Below, one piece after another: positions 49,022 through 58,608 of a stretch of DNA of 64,000 nt. This DNA is from an uncultured Acidobacteriota bacterium (GTDB lineage: Bacteria; Acidobacteriota; Thermoanaerobaculia; Gp7-AA8). A program made the translations under genes and the position numbers. How positions within the stretch are numbered: position 1 is the first letter of the stretch; each line of letters opens with the position of its first letter. The notes beneath the pieces were generated by a model. The model had not been told where the DNA came from, did no database searches, and saw only the letters and a list, made by a program, of their open reading frames with translations. The DNA is taken from assembly GCA_963741955.1 (NCBI GenBank), contig CAVUKB010000006.1:1-64000 (forward strand), in the 5' to 3' direction.

Positions 49022-49618
49022 TTACTTCGTTTCGAATACGATGAAGTATCTCTCGGGAAGAATGTTGTGCCGTCCCACCGGACGGAATCCGAACCGCCCG
49101 ACCTGCTTCATCATCTGATGGCTGGCGATCCGCTCCGCCAGAGGCGGTCCCGTTTTCATCGGCCGTCGATACCAGTCGATCACCGCAATCTCACCGTCCG
49201 GCGCCAGCGCACTCTTCACCGCATCGAAGAAGGCATCCTTCTCGTCCAGATGCCGGTACGCATCGTAGAGGACGATCGAGCGTACCCCGCGCGGCAGCTC
49301 CGGATGCGCCGCTGATCCCAGAACCGGCGTCACATTGAGAAGGCCGGCCAGCTCGATCTCGCGTCCCAGAGCCTCGACCGTCTCCTTGTCCGTTTCGATG
49401 ACGGTCACTCTTCCTTCGCGTCCGACCCGGCGGCTCATCGCCCGGAGAAATTCGGTGGGCGCCGGACCGACCACCGCGACCGTATCCCCTCGACAGACGT
49501 TCAGCAGAGACGCAATCTCCCACGCCTTGTCGCGATCGACGGCAGACACTCCGCTCGCGAGGAGCGATGCGGTCGCAACCATGAGGATGCCGAGGCGAAT
49601 CAGTTTCGAATGGAGCAT
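49022..49618 (-). CDS. Exported class I methyltransferase-fold protein with degenerate SAM motif I
   Basis: Signal peptide; SRRVGREGRVTVIE, YRHL, ALAPDGEIAVIDW, GPPLAERI; motif I reads VAVVGPAPTEF. Confidence 0.8.
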   Translation of the reverse strand: MLHSKLIRLGILMVATASLLASGVSAVDRDKAWEIASLLNVCRGDTVAVVGPAPTEFLRAMSRRVGREGRVTVIETDKETVEALGREIELAGLLNVTPVLGSAAHPELPRGVRSIVLYDAYRHLDEKDAFFDAVKSALAPDGEIAVIDWYRRPMKTGPPLAERIASHQMMKQVGRFGFRPVGRHNILPERYFIVFETK

Positions 49619-49668
49619 CGCCGGATCATAGTCGGCTCGTCCCCGCGAGGGAAGAGCGGCGCGCCGGC

Positions 49669-50052
49669 CTACTCCAGGAGATCGAGAATCGCTCGAAGTT
49701 CCTTTCGAACCTTTTCGAGCGCGTTGCGGGTTCTCTGATCGCCGGCCGCCGTGATCTGTGGCTCCTTCGCCCCCGCCGCTTCCGGGACGAGCTCGAGGTC
49801 TTCGTTCAACTCGTTCTCGAGTTTCTTCTTCGCTCCGGCGATGGTGAATCCTTCTCCGTACAGCAGTGCCTTGATGCGGAGAATGATGTCGATCTCGCGC
49901 TGCGAGTAGAGCCGCTGTCCGCCGCCCGATTTTCCTGGGGCCAGCGGCGGAAACTCGGTTTCCCAGTACCGGAGCACGTAAGGCTGAACGTCCGCGAGCC
50001 GGCAGACCTCACCGATCTTGAAAGTTCCCTTTTCCGGTTTCGCTTTCGCCAT
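49669..50052 (-). CDS. MerR-family transcriptional regulator
   Basis: FKIGEVCRLADVQPYVLRYWETEFP...GQRLY...LLYGEGFTIAGAKKKL. Confidence 0.94.
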   Translation of the reverse strand: MAKAKPEKGTFKIGEVCRLADVQPYVLRYWETEFPPLAPGKSGGGQRLYSQREIDIILRIKALLYGEGFTIAGAKKKLENELNEDLELVPEAAGAKEPQITAAGDQRTRNALEKVRKELRAILDLLE

Positions 50053-50091
50053 CCCTGACGATTATATGGGGATTTCGAGTTTCGGCCCGGT

Positions 50092-52551
50092 TCAAGTGGA
50101 CGATCCGGTCGCAGGGCCGGGAGCTTCCCCGTCGGAACGGCGGAGCTTCCTGCGCCGGATTGCGCGGATCGCCGGAACCAGACCGAGGAGCACGACCAGT
50201 ATCCCGCCCGAGACCTGAGCAGCGGTGTAGAACGAGAGGGGGTTGTAGACGACACGGATGAGCGAGGTTCCGGGCGGCACGAGGAACCCCATGAAAGGAC
50301 CGTTCACCTGAATCACCTTGAGCTCCTCGCCACCGTTCCGGTAGACCCGCCACCCCGGCCAGTCGGGCTGGCTGCTGGCAATGAACGTCCAGTGAGTCGA
50401 TTCGACACGAAGGTCGAACGCGCGAGCCTCGGCGTGCAGAATCCGAACCTTCGCCGGCGGAAGCATCGCACTTCTCTCCTGCATCAGGTCCGCATGAATT
50501 GCATCCACCATGCTGGTCGGGAGCCGCTTCACGATCGCCGTCCCTCTCCAATCATCGTGAGCTCGCAGAAGCCAGCTCCTCTTCCGGTCGTCGAACTCGG
50601 AGATGAGCCGCTTCACCGCAAAGAATCTCGGATAGGCGGTCCGGTTCCGGTAGATCCTCCCGTCCGGCCCCTTGTAGACGAGCTGGAAGTGATCGGCCGC
50701 CGCCGGCTCGTCCGGCGCGGTCACGACGTATCGAACATTCGCGTAATCGACATACGTCTCGTCGGGATCGACGAACTTTCCGAAGTAATACTCCGTCTCG
50801 TACGACGTGAAGTAGCGGAGAGGGTCGGTCATCCGAGCGTTGGCCATCGGGTCGTGGGCCCGGATGTCTTCCAGTCCATACATCGCCGAAGTGTTCGGGA
50901 AGAGAGTGCCGAACAGTGCAACGATACGGAACGGGTACATCGGCTCGAGACGGCGATCGCTCTCGAGCCTCTCGAGCGTGCGGATCAGAGGAGTGGCGGG
51001 GTAGAAATCACGATCGGACACGACCGGATTCCACCGGTGATGGACCGACCAGAGCTCGGCGAAAATCACCAGAGCGAGAACGGCGGAAGCACCGGTCGCG
51101 AACCGCGGGGGGATCCACATCACGACCGCGAGAAGGACGAGAGCGCCGATCGCCGGAGCAATGGACCAGAGAGCATACGAACGCGCGGCGTCGTCCGGAA
51201 CGTGGATGAGGAAGAAGGGAACTGCGAGAAGGGCGAGGGCAATGGCCACCCCCACGGTGACTTCGACGCGAAACTTCTTCCTCGCGACCAGATCGACGAG
51301 CACCCCCGCGAGCATCGCGAGAGACCAGCAGACGAAGATCCGGAATCGTCCGTTCACGGTCATCGAGAAGGGAGGGATCTGGTGCAGGAGCGGCGCGAGG
51401 GGACGCCAGCCGAGGGCGACGGTCAGCGAGAGCGGTGCGAGGAGAAACCAGAGCCATACCAGACGGTCCATGGATCGGCGAAGCGGCAGCACCAGCGCAC
51501 AGACGAACCATGCTGCGATCGCGATGATCCCCGCGTAGCCGGTGATGACCTCGGGTTGCGCCGGTCCCCAGATGTTCCACATCGGGAGACTTCCGAAGAA
51601 TTTCGGCTCGAGGAACGTCACCAGATCGCGTGCACCTGACACGGTCCATCCCTCCGGATGACGCACCAGCGCCCGGAATCGCTGCGAGCTCGGAAGGGCT
51701 TCGATGAACGGGAGCACGACCGGGAGAGCGAGGAGGAATCCCGCGATCCCGGCTCCCGCCACCGCGAAGACTCTGCGAAACGCGATTTCCTTCCAGAAGA
51801 AGATCGCGACGACAACCGTGTAACATCCGCCGAAACCCACCACCAACGCCACGGTCTCGGGATGCCCGCCGGTGAGCAACGCGAGAAAGGCGAACGTGAG
51901 AAAGAGCCAGCGCCCGTATCCGGGTTTCTCGAGCACCAGATCGATCGCCACGAGCAGCAGCGGGAGAAGGAGACCCACCGTGGCGAGAGGAAAGTGAACC
52001 CACGTCACCGACCAGGTCGAAAACCCGAACGCGAATGCTGCGGCCGTCGCGCCGATCGGTCCGCCGCCGCGCCTCCGGACGTAGATGAACGTGAACGTGA
52101 GCGCGACGAGTAGCTTCAGCGCCGCTTCCACGACGATCGCGTTCACCAGCGAAAGCGGGAGAGCGATGAGCCTGAAGAACGAGAACGCACTGCTCTGCGC
52201 GTTCCCGAGCAGCGGGTACCCACCTCCCGCCATCGGATTCCAGAGAGGCATCTCTCCGTGGAGAAACGACTGTCGCACCTGATGAGCCCAGGGGACGATC
52301 TGGAACACCAGGTCGTTCAGTTCCGGGTTCGAGTGAGGGAGCGGACGGCCGAACGCGCTCCAGGGATACGTGCGGTAGAGATAGTCGACCGGTACGTTCA
52401 CGTATGGTCCGGTCAGTGGAAGAAGGAAGAACGCGAGGACGGCGACGTAGAAGAGCGCAGCGATCTTCCAGGGAATCGGAAGCCCGCCGCGGCGCGCCAG
52501 TGCGACGAGGACCAGGTAGATCGCGGCGAGGTAGAGGAATCCGGGATTCAC
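50092..52551 (-). CDS. YfhO-family membrane protein (GT-C-like)
   Basis: GEMPLWNP...GGYPLLGN, GGHPE, YGLEDIRAHDPM, WPGWRV, GPFMGFLVPPG...Y-P-S. Confidence 0.9.
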   Translation of the reverse strand: MNPGFLYLAAIYLVLVALARRGGLPIPWKIAALFYVAVLAFFLLPLTGPYVNVPVDYLYRTYPWSAFGRPLPHSNPELNDLVFQIVPWAHQVRQSFLHGEMPLWNPMAGGGYPLLGNAQSSAFSFFRLIALPLSLVNAIVVEAALKLLVALTFTFIYVRRRGGGPIGATAAAFAFGFSTWSVTWVHFPLATVGLLLPLLLVAIDLVLEKPGYGRWLFLTFAFLALLTGGHPETVALVVGFGGCYTVVVAIFFWKEIAFRRVFAVAGAGIAGFLLALPVVLPFIEALPSSQRFRALVRHPEGWTVSGARDLVTFLEPKFFGSLPMWNIWGPAQPEVITGYAGIIAIAAWFVCALVLPLRRSMDRLVWLWFLLAPLSLTVALGWRPLAPLLHQIPPFSMTVNGRFRIFVCWSLAMLAGVLVDLVARKKFRVEVTVGVAIALALLAVPFFLIHVPDDAARSYALWSIAPAIGALVLLAVVMWIPPRFATGASAVLALVIFAELWSVHHRWNPVVSDRDFYPATPLIRTLERLESDRRLEPMYPFRIVALFGTLFPNTSAMYGLEDIRAHDPMANARMTDPLRYFTSYETEYYFGKFVDPDETYVDYANVRYVVTAPDEPAAADHFQLVYKGPDGRIYRNRTAYPRFFAVKRLISEFDDRKRSWLLRAHDDWRGTAIVKRLPTSMVDAIHADLMQERSAMLPPAKVRILHAEARAFDLRVESTHWTFIASSQPDWPGWRVYRNGGEELKVIQVNGPFMGFLVPPGTSLIRVVYNPLSFYTAAQVSGGILVVLLGLVPAIRAIRRRKLRRSDGEAPGPATGSST

Positions 52552-52587
52552 GTGCGCGGGTATTCTAAGACGAATCGCAGAAGCGGA

Positions 52588-53580
52588 TCAGAGAGAGCTT
52601 GCGGGACCCGATGAGACCGAATCGTTCGAGCGTGAGGCTTCTCCCGCGCCTTTCCAGCGGTCGTGCTGCCAGAACCAGAGCTCCGGACGTCGACGGATCC
52701 GCTCCGTGATCACGTCGTTGATCCTGGTGGTCAGTGCTTCGACGGACGACATTCCCGGATCGCTGGCCCGGAGCGGCCCTTCGATTCTCCAGTGAATCTC
52801 TTCGCCCACCGGTTCGCCGAACGCGAAAACGATCGGCGCACCGTGCCGCATCGCCAGTTTGGCCGGGGCGGTGGTGGTCCACGCCGGACGTCCGAGGAAT
52901 GGAACGCAGACTCCCTCCCGCGGCTTCACAGCCTGATCGGCCAGCATCACGACGATTCCGTTTCCGGCGAGCGCCGTCAGTACCGGTCTCGCCGCCGAAC
53001 GCCGGTCGACGATCTCGATTCCCCGACGTGCCCTCGACTGGTTCAGCTGCTGCTCCAGCAATTCGTTGTCGAGAAAGCGCGCGACGACGGTCACCGGAAG
53101 GTCGAGCTGCGAGAGCGCGCCGACGCCGAATTCCCAGTCGCCGTAGTGTGCCGTGACCAGAATCGCGCCCTTCCCCTCGTCGAGCGCGTCACGCAGCACG
53201 TGCTGATCGAGAATCCGGTTGGCCGCCTCCACTTCCCGGATCTCCTCGCCGAGCCGGCGCACGTAGAAGAGCATCATGGTGACGAAGCGGATCCAGGAGC
53301 GACGGACGATGTCTTCGCATTCTGCGGGACTCCGCTCCGGGAACGAGGCTCTGGCATTCGCGATCGCCTTGCGGCTCCTACCTCCGAGCAAACGATGCGC
53401 GAGACGGCCGATCCGCGAGCCCCACTTCCTGATCGATGCGTCGGAAGGGATGGAGAGGAGGAGCTGAACGATCCGGAAGAGGACGAATTCGAGGCGTTGC
53501 ACCAGGCGGTGCTTTCGCCTCTTCGATTTGCGGCCGGCCGAAGCGGCGGCCGGTCTCCCGGTCTCGACAGGGGAAGTCAT
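52588..53580 (-). CDS. lpxL: Lipid A late acyltransferase (LpxL/HtrB family)
   Basis: TAHYGDWE, LADQ, VPFLG, PELWFWQHDRWK; in operon with lpxK and waaA. Confidence 0.85.
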   Translation of the reverse strand: MTSPVETGRPAAASAGRKSKRRKHRLVQRLEFVLFRIVQLLLSIPSDASIRKWGSRIGRLAHRLLGGRSRKAIANARASFPERSPAECEDIVRRSWIRFVTMMLFYVRRLGEEIREVEAANRILDQHVLRDALDEGKGAILVTAHYGDWEFGVGALSQLDLPVTVVARFLDNELLEQQLNQSRARRGIEIVDRRSAARPVLTALAGNGIVVMLADQAVKPREGVCVPFLGRPAWTTTAPAKLAMRHGAPIVFAFGEPVGEEIHWRIEGPLRASDPGMSSVEALTTRINDVITERIRRRPELWFWQHDRWKGAGEASRSNDSVSSGPASSL

Positions 53581-53584
53581 GACG

Positions 53585-54535
53585 TCAACGGCGGCCGGAC
53601 CCGGACCGCTCTCCTCGAATCCGTTCGAACAACAGCTGGTAGAACTTCTCTTCCTGCTCGATCACGACCGAGACGATGGCGACGGCGATCGCCGGATTTC
53701 CGATCTTCACTGCGTCTTTGGCCGTGGTGACGATCAGATCGGCAGTTTTCGATCTTCCTTCCTCGAGAATCGCGTCGATCTCGGCATCCGAATAGCGATG
53801 GTGGTCCTCGAAAGACCTGACCCCGACGAGCACCGCGCCAGCCGCAGAGAGGGAATCGAAGAACTGCCGATTGTCAGCGAGGCCGGCGAACGCGAAAACG
53901 CGACGGCCGCGGATCGCCTCGATCGGAGACTCCGTCCCCTCCTGCCGCAGAGCGGTCAGCGCGAGTTTCATCCCGAAGACCGGAGGTATTCCCTCTCCCT
54001 TCTCCGCCGCGCCGCGCCGCAGGACGAGATCCGCACAGCGCAGCGCCGAGCGTCCTTCGCGCAGCCATCGGGCCGCGGGATGGTCGATCACGACGTCGAT
54101 GTCGCGGGCGAGAGGAAAATGCTGGAACGCGTCGTCCAGGAGGAAGAGATCGCAGTCATGATCGTTCAGGTAATCCAGCCCCGCCGCTCGCCGGTCGGCG
54201 CCTACCACGACATCGACGCCGGGGAGCATCTCGCGCATCAGCACCGGCTCGTCGCCGAACCGCGCGGGATCAGCTGCGGTGACCAGCGTCGAGGGCTCCT
54301 TGACGCTGCGGCCATAGCCACGGCTCAGGATCGCGACGCGAAATCCGCTCGAGCGAAGCTTCGACGCGATGGCCATGGTGACCGGCGTCTTCCCGCTTCC
54401 GCCGAAGCTGATGTTGCCGACCGAGATCGTAGGACGCGGAAGGCGCCGCCCCGGCGCGAGGCCCGACACCTTCAGCCACCTCCGGAGGCGGTTCACCCCC
54501 CGGTAGAGGAGCTCTGCGAGGATCAAGGGATTCAC
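53585..54535 (-). CDS. lpxK: Tetraacyldisaccharide 4'-kinase
   Basis: SVGNISFGGSGKTP, LSRGYG, GDEP, LDDAFQH, FEDHHRY, TTAKDAVK; GTG 54535 overlaps the waaA stop. Confidence 0.95.
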   Translation of the reverse strand: MNPLILAELLYRGVNRLRRWLKVSGLAPGRRLPRPTISVGNISFGGSGKTPVTMAIASKLRSSGFRVAILSRGYGRSVKEPSTLVTAADPARFGDEPVLMREMLPGVDVVVGADRRAAGLDYLNDHDCDLFLLDDAFQHFPLARDIDVVIDHPAARWLREGRSALRCADLVLRRGAAEKGEGIPPVFGMKLALTALRQEGTESPIEAIRGRRVFAFAGLADNRQFFDSLSAAGAVLVGVRSFEDHHRYSDAEIDAILEEGRSKTADLIVTTAKDAVKIGNPAIAVAIVSVVIEQEEKFYQLLFERIRGERSGSGRR

Positions 54536-55782
54536 GAGATTGCTTCCACGATTCGGCGCGCGGTTTTTTCCGCCGCGCCCCGGTTCTTCTCCACGGCCGC
54601 CTTCGCACGCCGGGACCATTCTTCCCTTCTGGACGGATCCGCCGACACCGCGGTCACGAACGCGAACAGCTCGTCCACGTCGCGCACCTCGAGCGCGGCA
54701 TGCTCGCTGATGAACGAAGCCGCGATCTCGCGGAAGTTGCTCATGTGAGGGCCGAATGCGACCGGCGTCCCCACCGCCGCCGCCTCGATCGGATTGTGTC
54801 CGCCGGTCGGCATCAGACTCCCGCCGATGAACGCCGCCGTCGCATGGGCGTAGAGGCGAGCGAGCTCGCCGATGCTGTCGAGAAGGAGAAGATCGCAGCC
54901 GCCCTCCTCCCGTTCGAGCTCCGACCGGCGACGGAACCGGATCTTCGCACGCGAGACGAGGGCCGCCACCTGGTCGAAGCGCTCCGGCTTCCGCGGGGCG
55001 AGGACGACGAAGCTCCCCGCAGCGATCAGGCGCTCGAACAGCGGCAGGAGAAGCTCCTCCTCTCCGTCCACGGTCGAGCCGGCGATGAAGATCGGCCGCT
55101 CCCCCGCCAGCGCTTCGATCGATGAAGCGATCGGCGAGGGGCGGGGATCGGCTTCGTAGTCGAACTTCACGTTCCCGGAAACCTCGACCCGCTCCGGAGC
55201 AGCTCCGATCGCCACGAAGCGCTCCCGGTCCGTCTCTTCCCGAACCAGGACCGCGGAGTACAGAGATAGAACCGGACGGAGAAGCCTGCGGAACCGGCGA
55301 TAGCGGGGAAACGAGCGATCCGACAGGCGGCCGTTCGCGAGGATCAGAGGCATTCCACGGCGGGAGCAGTGCCTCGAGACATTCGGCCAGATCTCGGTCT
55401 CCACGGTGGCGTAGACGCGAGGGTGGTAGTGATCGAGGAAACGCCGCACCGAAAAGGAAAAATCAAACGGGAAATACGTGACCGCGGCATGGGGAAACAT
55501 GCGGCGGGCCGTCGCCTGTCCGGTGAGCGTCGTGGTCGTCACGACGAAGCTCGTCTCCGGTCTCATCCGGCGGATCCGCTCGACGATCGGGACCGCAGCC
55601 ATCACTTCACCGACCGAAACGGCGTGAAGCCAGACGTCGGTATCGATTGCAGGGCCGGGATACCGGCCCAGACGCTCCCGCACGCTTCCGAAGTATTTCC
55701 CGCGCACGAGACCGACCACGGAGAAATACGGGATGGCGAGGATGAAGACGAGGAACAGCAGCCCCTCGTAGATCGCGAACAT
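54532..55782 (-). CDS. waaA: Kdo transferase
   Basis: WLHAVSVGE, ETEIWPN, NGRLSDRS, GNVKFD, GGHNPIEAA. Confidence 0.95.
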   Translation of the reverse strand: MFAIYEGLLFLVFILAIPYFSVVGLVRGKYFGSVRERLGRYPGPAIDTDVWLHAVSVGEVMAAVPIVERIRRMRPETSFVVTTTTLTGQATARRMFPHAAVTYFPFDFSFSVRRFLDHYHPRVYATVETEIWPNVSRHCSRRGMPLILANGRLSDRSFPRYRRFRRLLRPVLSLYSAVLVREETDRERFVAIGAAPERVEVSGNVKFDYEADPRPSPIASSIEALAGERPIFIAGSTVDGEEELLLPLFERLIAAGSFVVLAPRKPERFDQVAALVSRAKIRFRRRSELEREEGGCDLLLLDSIGELARLYAHATAAFIGGSLMPTGGHNPIEAAAVGTPVAFGPHMSNFREIAASFISEHAALEVRDVDELFAFVTAVSADPSRREEWSRRAKAAVEKNRGAAEKTARRIVEAIS

Positions 55783-55859
55783 GGCGCGTGATTATAGTGG
55801 CAGGTCACAGGCTGTGGCGGTTCAGGAGCGCCGGGAGTCGGTTCCCTCCGCGGAATCTC

Positions 55860-55887
55860 TTGCACCTCGGCGCGCTTTCTGTATATT
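55860..55887 (+). promoter_or_regulatory. Sigma70-type promoter of the hflX operon
   Basis: TTGCAC-N16-TATATT upstream of 55909. Confidence 0.55.
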
Positions 55888-55908
55888 GAGAGTATCCGAA
55901 AAGAAAGG

Positions 55909-57198
55909 TTGAATTTGCTGAATCAGACAGGCGCGTCCGCGCCGGAAAAGGCGATCCTGGCAGGGCTGGTCCTTCCTCAGGTCTCACGTACGGTCGTCGA
56001 AGAACACCTCGAAGAACTCCAGAAACTCACCGAATCCGCAGGCGGCTCGGTCGTCGGCACGATCCTTCAGGAACGTTCCGCTCCGGACTCCGCCACGTGG
56101 ATCGGCCGCGGAAAGGCGGAGGAGCTCGCGGAACTCGTCACGTCGGCCGGCGCGACGCTGGCGATCTTCGACGACGATCTCTCCCCGGCGCAGGCCCGCA
56201 ACCTGGAAAAGATCCTCGGCGTCAAAGTGATCGACCGGAGCGGTCTGATCCTCGACATCTTCGCCCGCCGCGCGAGGAGCCGCGAATCACGGACCCAGGT
56301 CGAGCTCGCGCAGCTCGAGTACCTCCTCCCGCGCCTCACGCGCCAGTGGTCTCACCTTTCGCGGCAGGCCGGCGGCATCGGGACCCGCGGAGTCGGCGAG
56401 ACGCAGCTCGAGCTCGACCGGCGCATCATCCGGAACCGGATCCGCCGGCTGAAGGACGAGCTCGCGCACATCGAGCGGACTCGCGAGACGCAGCGGCGAG
56501 GCCGGCGGAATGCGTTCACGGTCGCGCTGGTCGGTTACACCAACGCCGGAAAATCGACTCTGTTCAACCAGCTCACCAACGGTCACGTCGAAGCGGTGGA
56601 TCAGCTCTTCGCGACTCTCGACGCGAAGCTGCAGAAATCGCAGTATGGAATGCCGTGCGAGACCGTCTTCATCGACACGGTCGGCTTCATCCGGAAGCTC
56701 CCGCATCATCTGGTCGCGTCATTCCGTTCGACGATGGAAGAGGCTGCGAGTGCCGATCTCGTACTCCACCTGATCAACTTCAGCCATTCCCAGTTCGAAG
56801 ATCAGCGCGAGATCGGCAAGCAGGTCCTTCGCGATCTCGGCATCTCCGGCTCGAAGGTCATCGAGGTCTACAACAAGATGGACCAGATGGAGGGGCGCGT
56901 TCTCCTCGGGCCCCGTCGAGACGACGCCGTGACCATTTCCGCGCTGACCGGACGAGGGGTGCCGGAGCTCCTCGAGATCATCCGCCGCGAAGAGCGCGCC
57001 CGCGGGTCGGTGATGCAGCTCGAGATCCCGCAGGCCGAATCGAGGCTCATTGCACACCTGTTCGAGGTCGCCGAAGTCCGGGAGCAGTCGGCCGATGGAG
57101 ATGCAATCCGCTTCGTCGCCTGGGTACCGGGCGATGCCGCCCATCAGTTTCAGCCATTCGCGATCGATCCTCTCGATGACCGCGCCGTGGCCAATTGA
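55909..57198 (+). CDS. hflX: GTPase HflX
   Basis: LILDIFARRA, QVELAQLEY, GETQLELDRR, GYTNAGKSTL, LFATLD, DTVGFI, NKMD. Confidence 0.97.
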   Translation: MNLLNQTGASAPEKAILAGLVLPQVSRTVVEEHLEELQKLTESAGGSVVGTILQERSAPDSATWIGRGKAEELAELVTSAGATLAIFDDDLSPAQARNLEKILGVKVIDRSGLILDIFARRARSRESRTQVELAQLEYLLPRLTRQWSHLSRQAGGIGTRGVGETQLELDRRIIRNRIRRLKDELAHIERTRETQRRGRRNAFTVALVGYTNAGKSTLFNQLTNGHVEAVDQLFATLDAKLQKSQYGMPCETVFIDTVGFIRKLPHHLVASFRSTMEEAASADLVLHLINFSHSQFEDQREIGKQVLRDLGISGSKVIEVYNKMDQMEGRVLLGPRRDDAVTISALTGRGVPELLEIIRREERARGSVMQLEIPQAESRLIAHLFEVAEVREQSADGDAIRFVAWVPGDAAHQFQPFAIDPLDDRAVAN

Positions 57199-57241
57199 TG
57201 ATTGTGCGCTGACTCAACTGATCGAGTGCCGTGCGTCACAG

Positions 57242-57763
57242 ATGGACCCCACCGCTTCCATTACTCTCGAATCCGGCAGCGTGAAGATTCGCCCGGTCGA
57301 GCAGACGGACCGGCGCCGGATCGCGGCGATTCTCGCGGCCGTGAGGATATTCACCAGCGATGAGATCGAGGCAGCCATGGCGCAGGTGATCGAAGCGATC
57401 AACACCCCCCGGCGAGGGAGATACCTCGTGGACGTCGCCGACTCGACCGTGGGGCTGGTCGGATACGTCAGCTACGGACCGACACCTCGCTATGCCGGCA
57501 CCTGGGATCTCTACTGGATCGCAGTCGACCCGGAGCAACGGAACCGGGGAATCGGAAGCCTCCTGCTCGAGCACGTGGAGAAGCGGATCCGCGAACTGAA
57601 AGGGGAGACTCTCCTCATCGAAACGTCGGCAGCGGAAAGTTACGAGCCGACGAGGCGGTTCTACCAACGGAACGGCTACCGGCCGGCGACGCGGGTGATG
57701 GATTTCGCCCGCCTCCGTGCCGACCGCATCATCTATTCGAGACGGATCGGTGGAACCGCATGA
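57242..57763 (+). CDS. GNAT N-acetyltransferase
   Basis: WDLYWIAVDPEQRNRGIGSLLL, IETS...YEPTRRFY; start approximate. Confidence 0.9.
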   Translation: MDPTASITLESGSVKIRPVEQTDRRRIAAILAAVRIFTSDEIEAAMAQVIEAINTPRRGRYLVDVADSTVGLVGYVSYGPTPRYAGTWDLYWIAVDPEQRNRGIGSLLLEHVEKRIRELKGETLLIETSAAESYEPTRRFYQRNGYRPATRVMDFARLRADRIIYSRRIGGTA

Positions 57764-58557
57764 TCTCCTTTCACCTGGCGCTCTACGCCACGATCGTTTT
57801 CTACGGGGCGGCCACCGTGTCGGTCTTCATCTCCCTCTTCAATCGCGATGAGAAGCTCCAGAAGCTCGGCCTCGGCCTCGTCGCGACGGGATTCGTGACC
57901 CACACGGTCTGGATCGGCAGCATCTGCAGCCGGACCCTCCATCCGCCGCTGACGAACCTCCCCGAGACGACCGCATTCATCGGCTGGCTGGTGGTGGTCG
58001 CGCAGCTGTTTCTCTATTTCAGATACCGGGTCTATGCCGCGTCGTTCTTCGTTTACCCGCTGCTGGTCATCCTGATCACCGTTCCGGCGATCGTCCGCGA
58101 TCCCCTCGCCACGATGGATCCGGCGCTCCGTTCGAATGTCTTCATCGGACACCTCCTGCTGACGATGATCGGCCTCGCGGCTCTGCTGATCGGTCTCGCG
58201 TTCACCATCCTGTATCAGGTGCAGGAGCGGGCGATCCGGCTGAAACGGAGAGGAAGGCTCTACCAGTGGATTCCGAGCCTCCGGGTCTGCGACGTCCTCG
58301 GCTACCGCCTCCTGGCATCCGGCTTCGTGATCTATACACTCGGACTCGGCGCGGGGATTCTCTGGTCCTACCGGACCACCGCGGGAGCGTTCTCGCTGCG
58401 GGCGAAGGAGATCGGAGCACTCACCGCGTGGGTCATGTTCGCGGCGATTCTGCAGACCTACATCAGCGGATCACAAAGAGCGCGACGCGTGCTCATCCTC
58501 TCCGCGTTCGCTTTCATTTCCATCACCATCGCTCTACTGGGGATTCAGCATGTCTGA
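57760..58557 (+). CDS. CcsA/HemX-family heme-handling membrane protein
   Basis: About 8 TM segments, two intramembrane His, IPSL..D, degenerate W-rich motif; directly upstream of hemA. Confidence 0.85.
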   Translation: MISFHLALYATIVFYGAATVSVFISLFNRDEKLQKLGLGLVATGFVTHTVWIGSICSRTLHPPLTNLPETTAFIGWLVVVAQLFLYFRYRVYAASFFVYPLLVILITVPAIVRDPLATMDPALRSNVFIGHLLLTMIGLAALLIGLAFTILYQVQERAIRLKRRGRLYQWIPSLRVCDVLGYRLLASGFVIYTLGLGAGILWSYRTTAGAFSLRAKEIGALTAWVMFAAILQTYISGSQRARRVLILSAFAFISITIALLGIQHV

Positions 58558-58608
58558 GCGGCGCGACGCTCGAACGCATTGCCGGAAGGCGGAAGGGAGG
58601 CTGACGTC

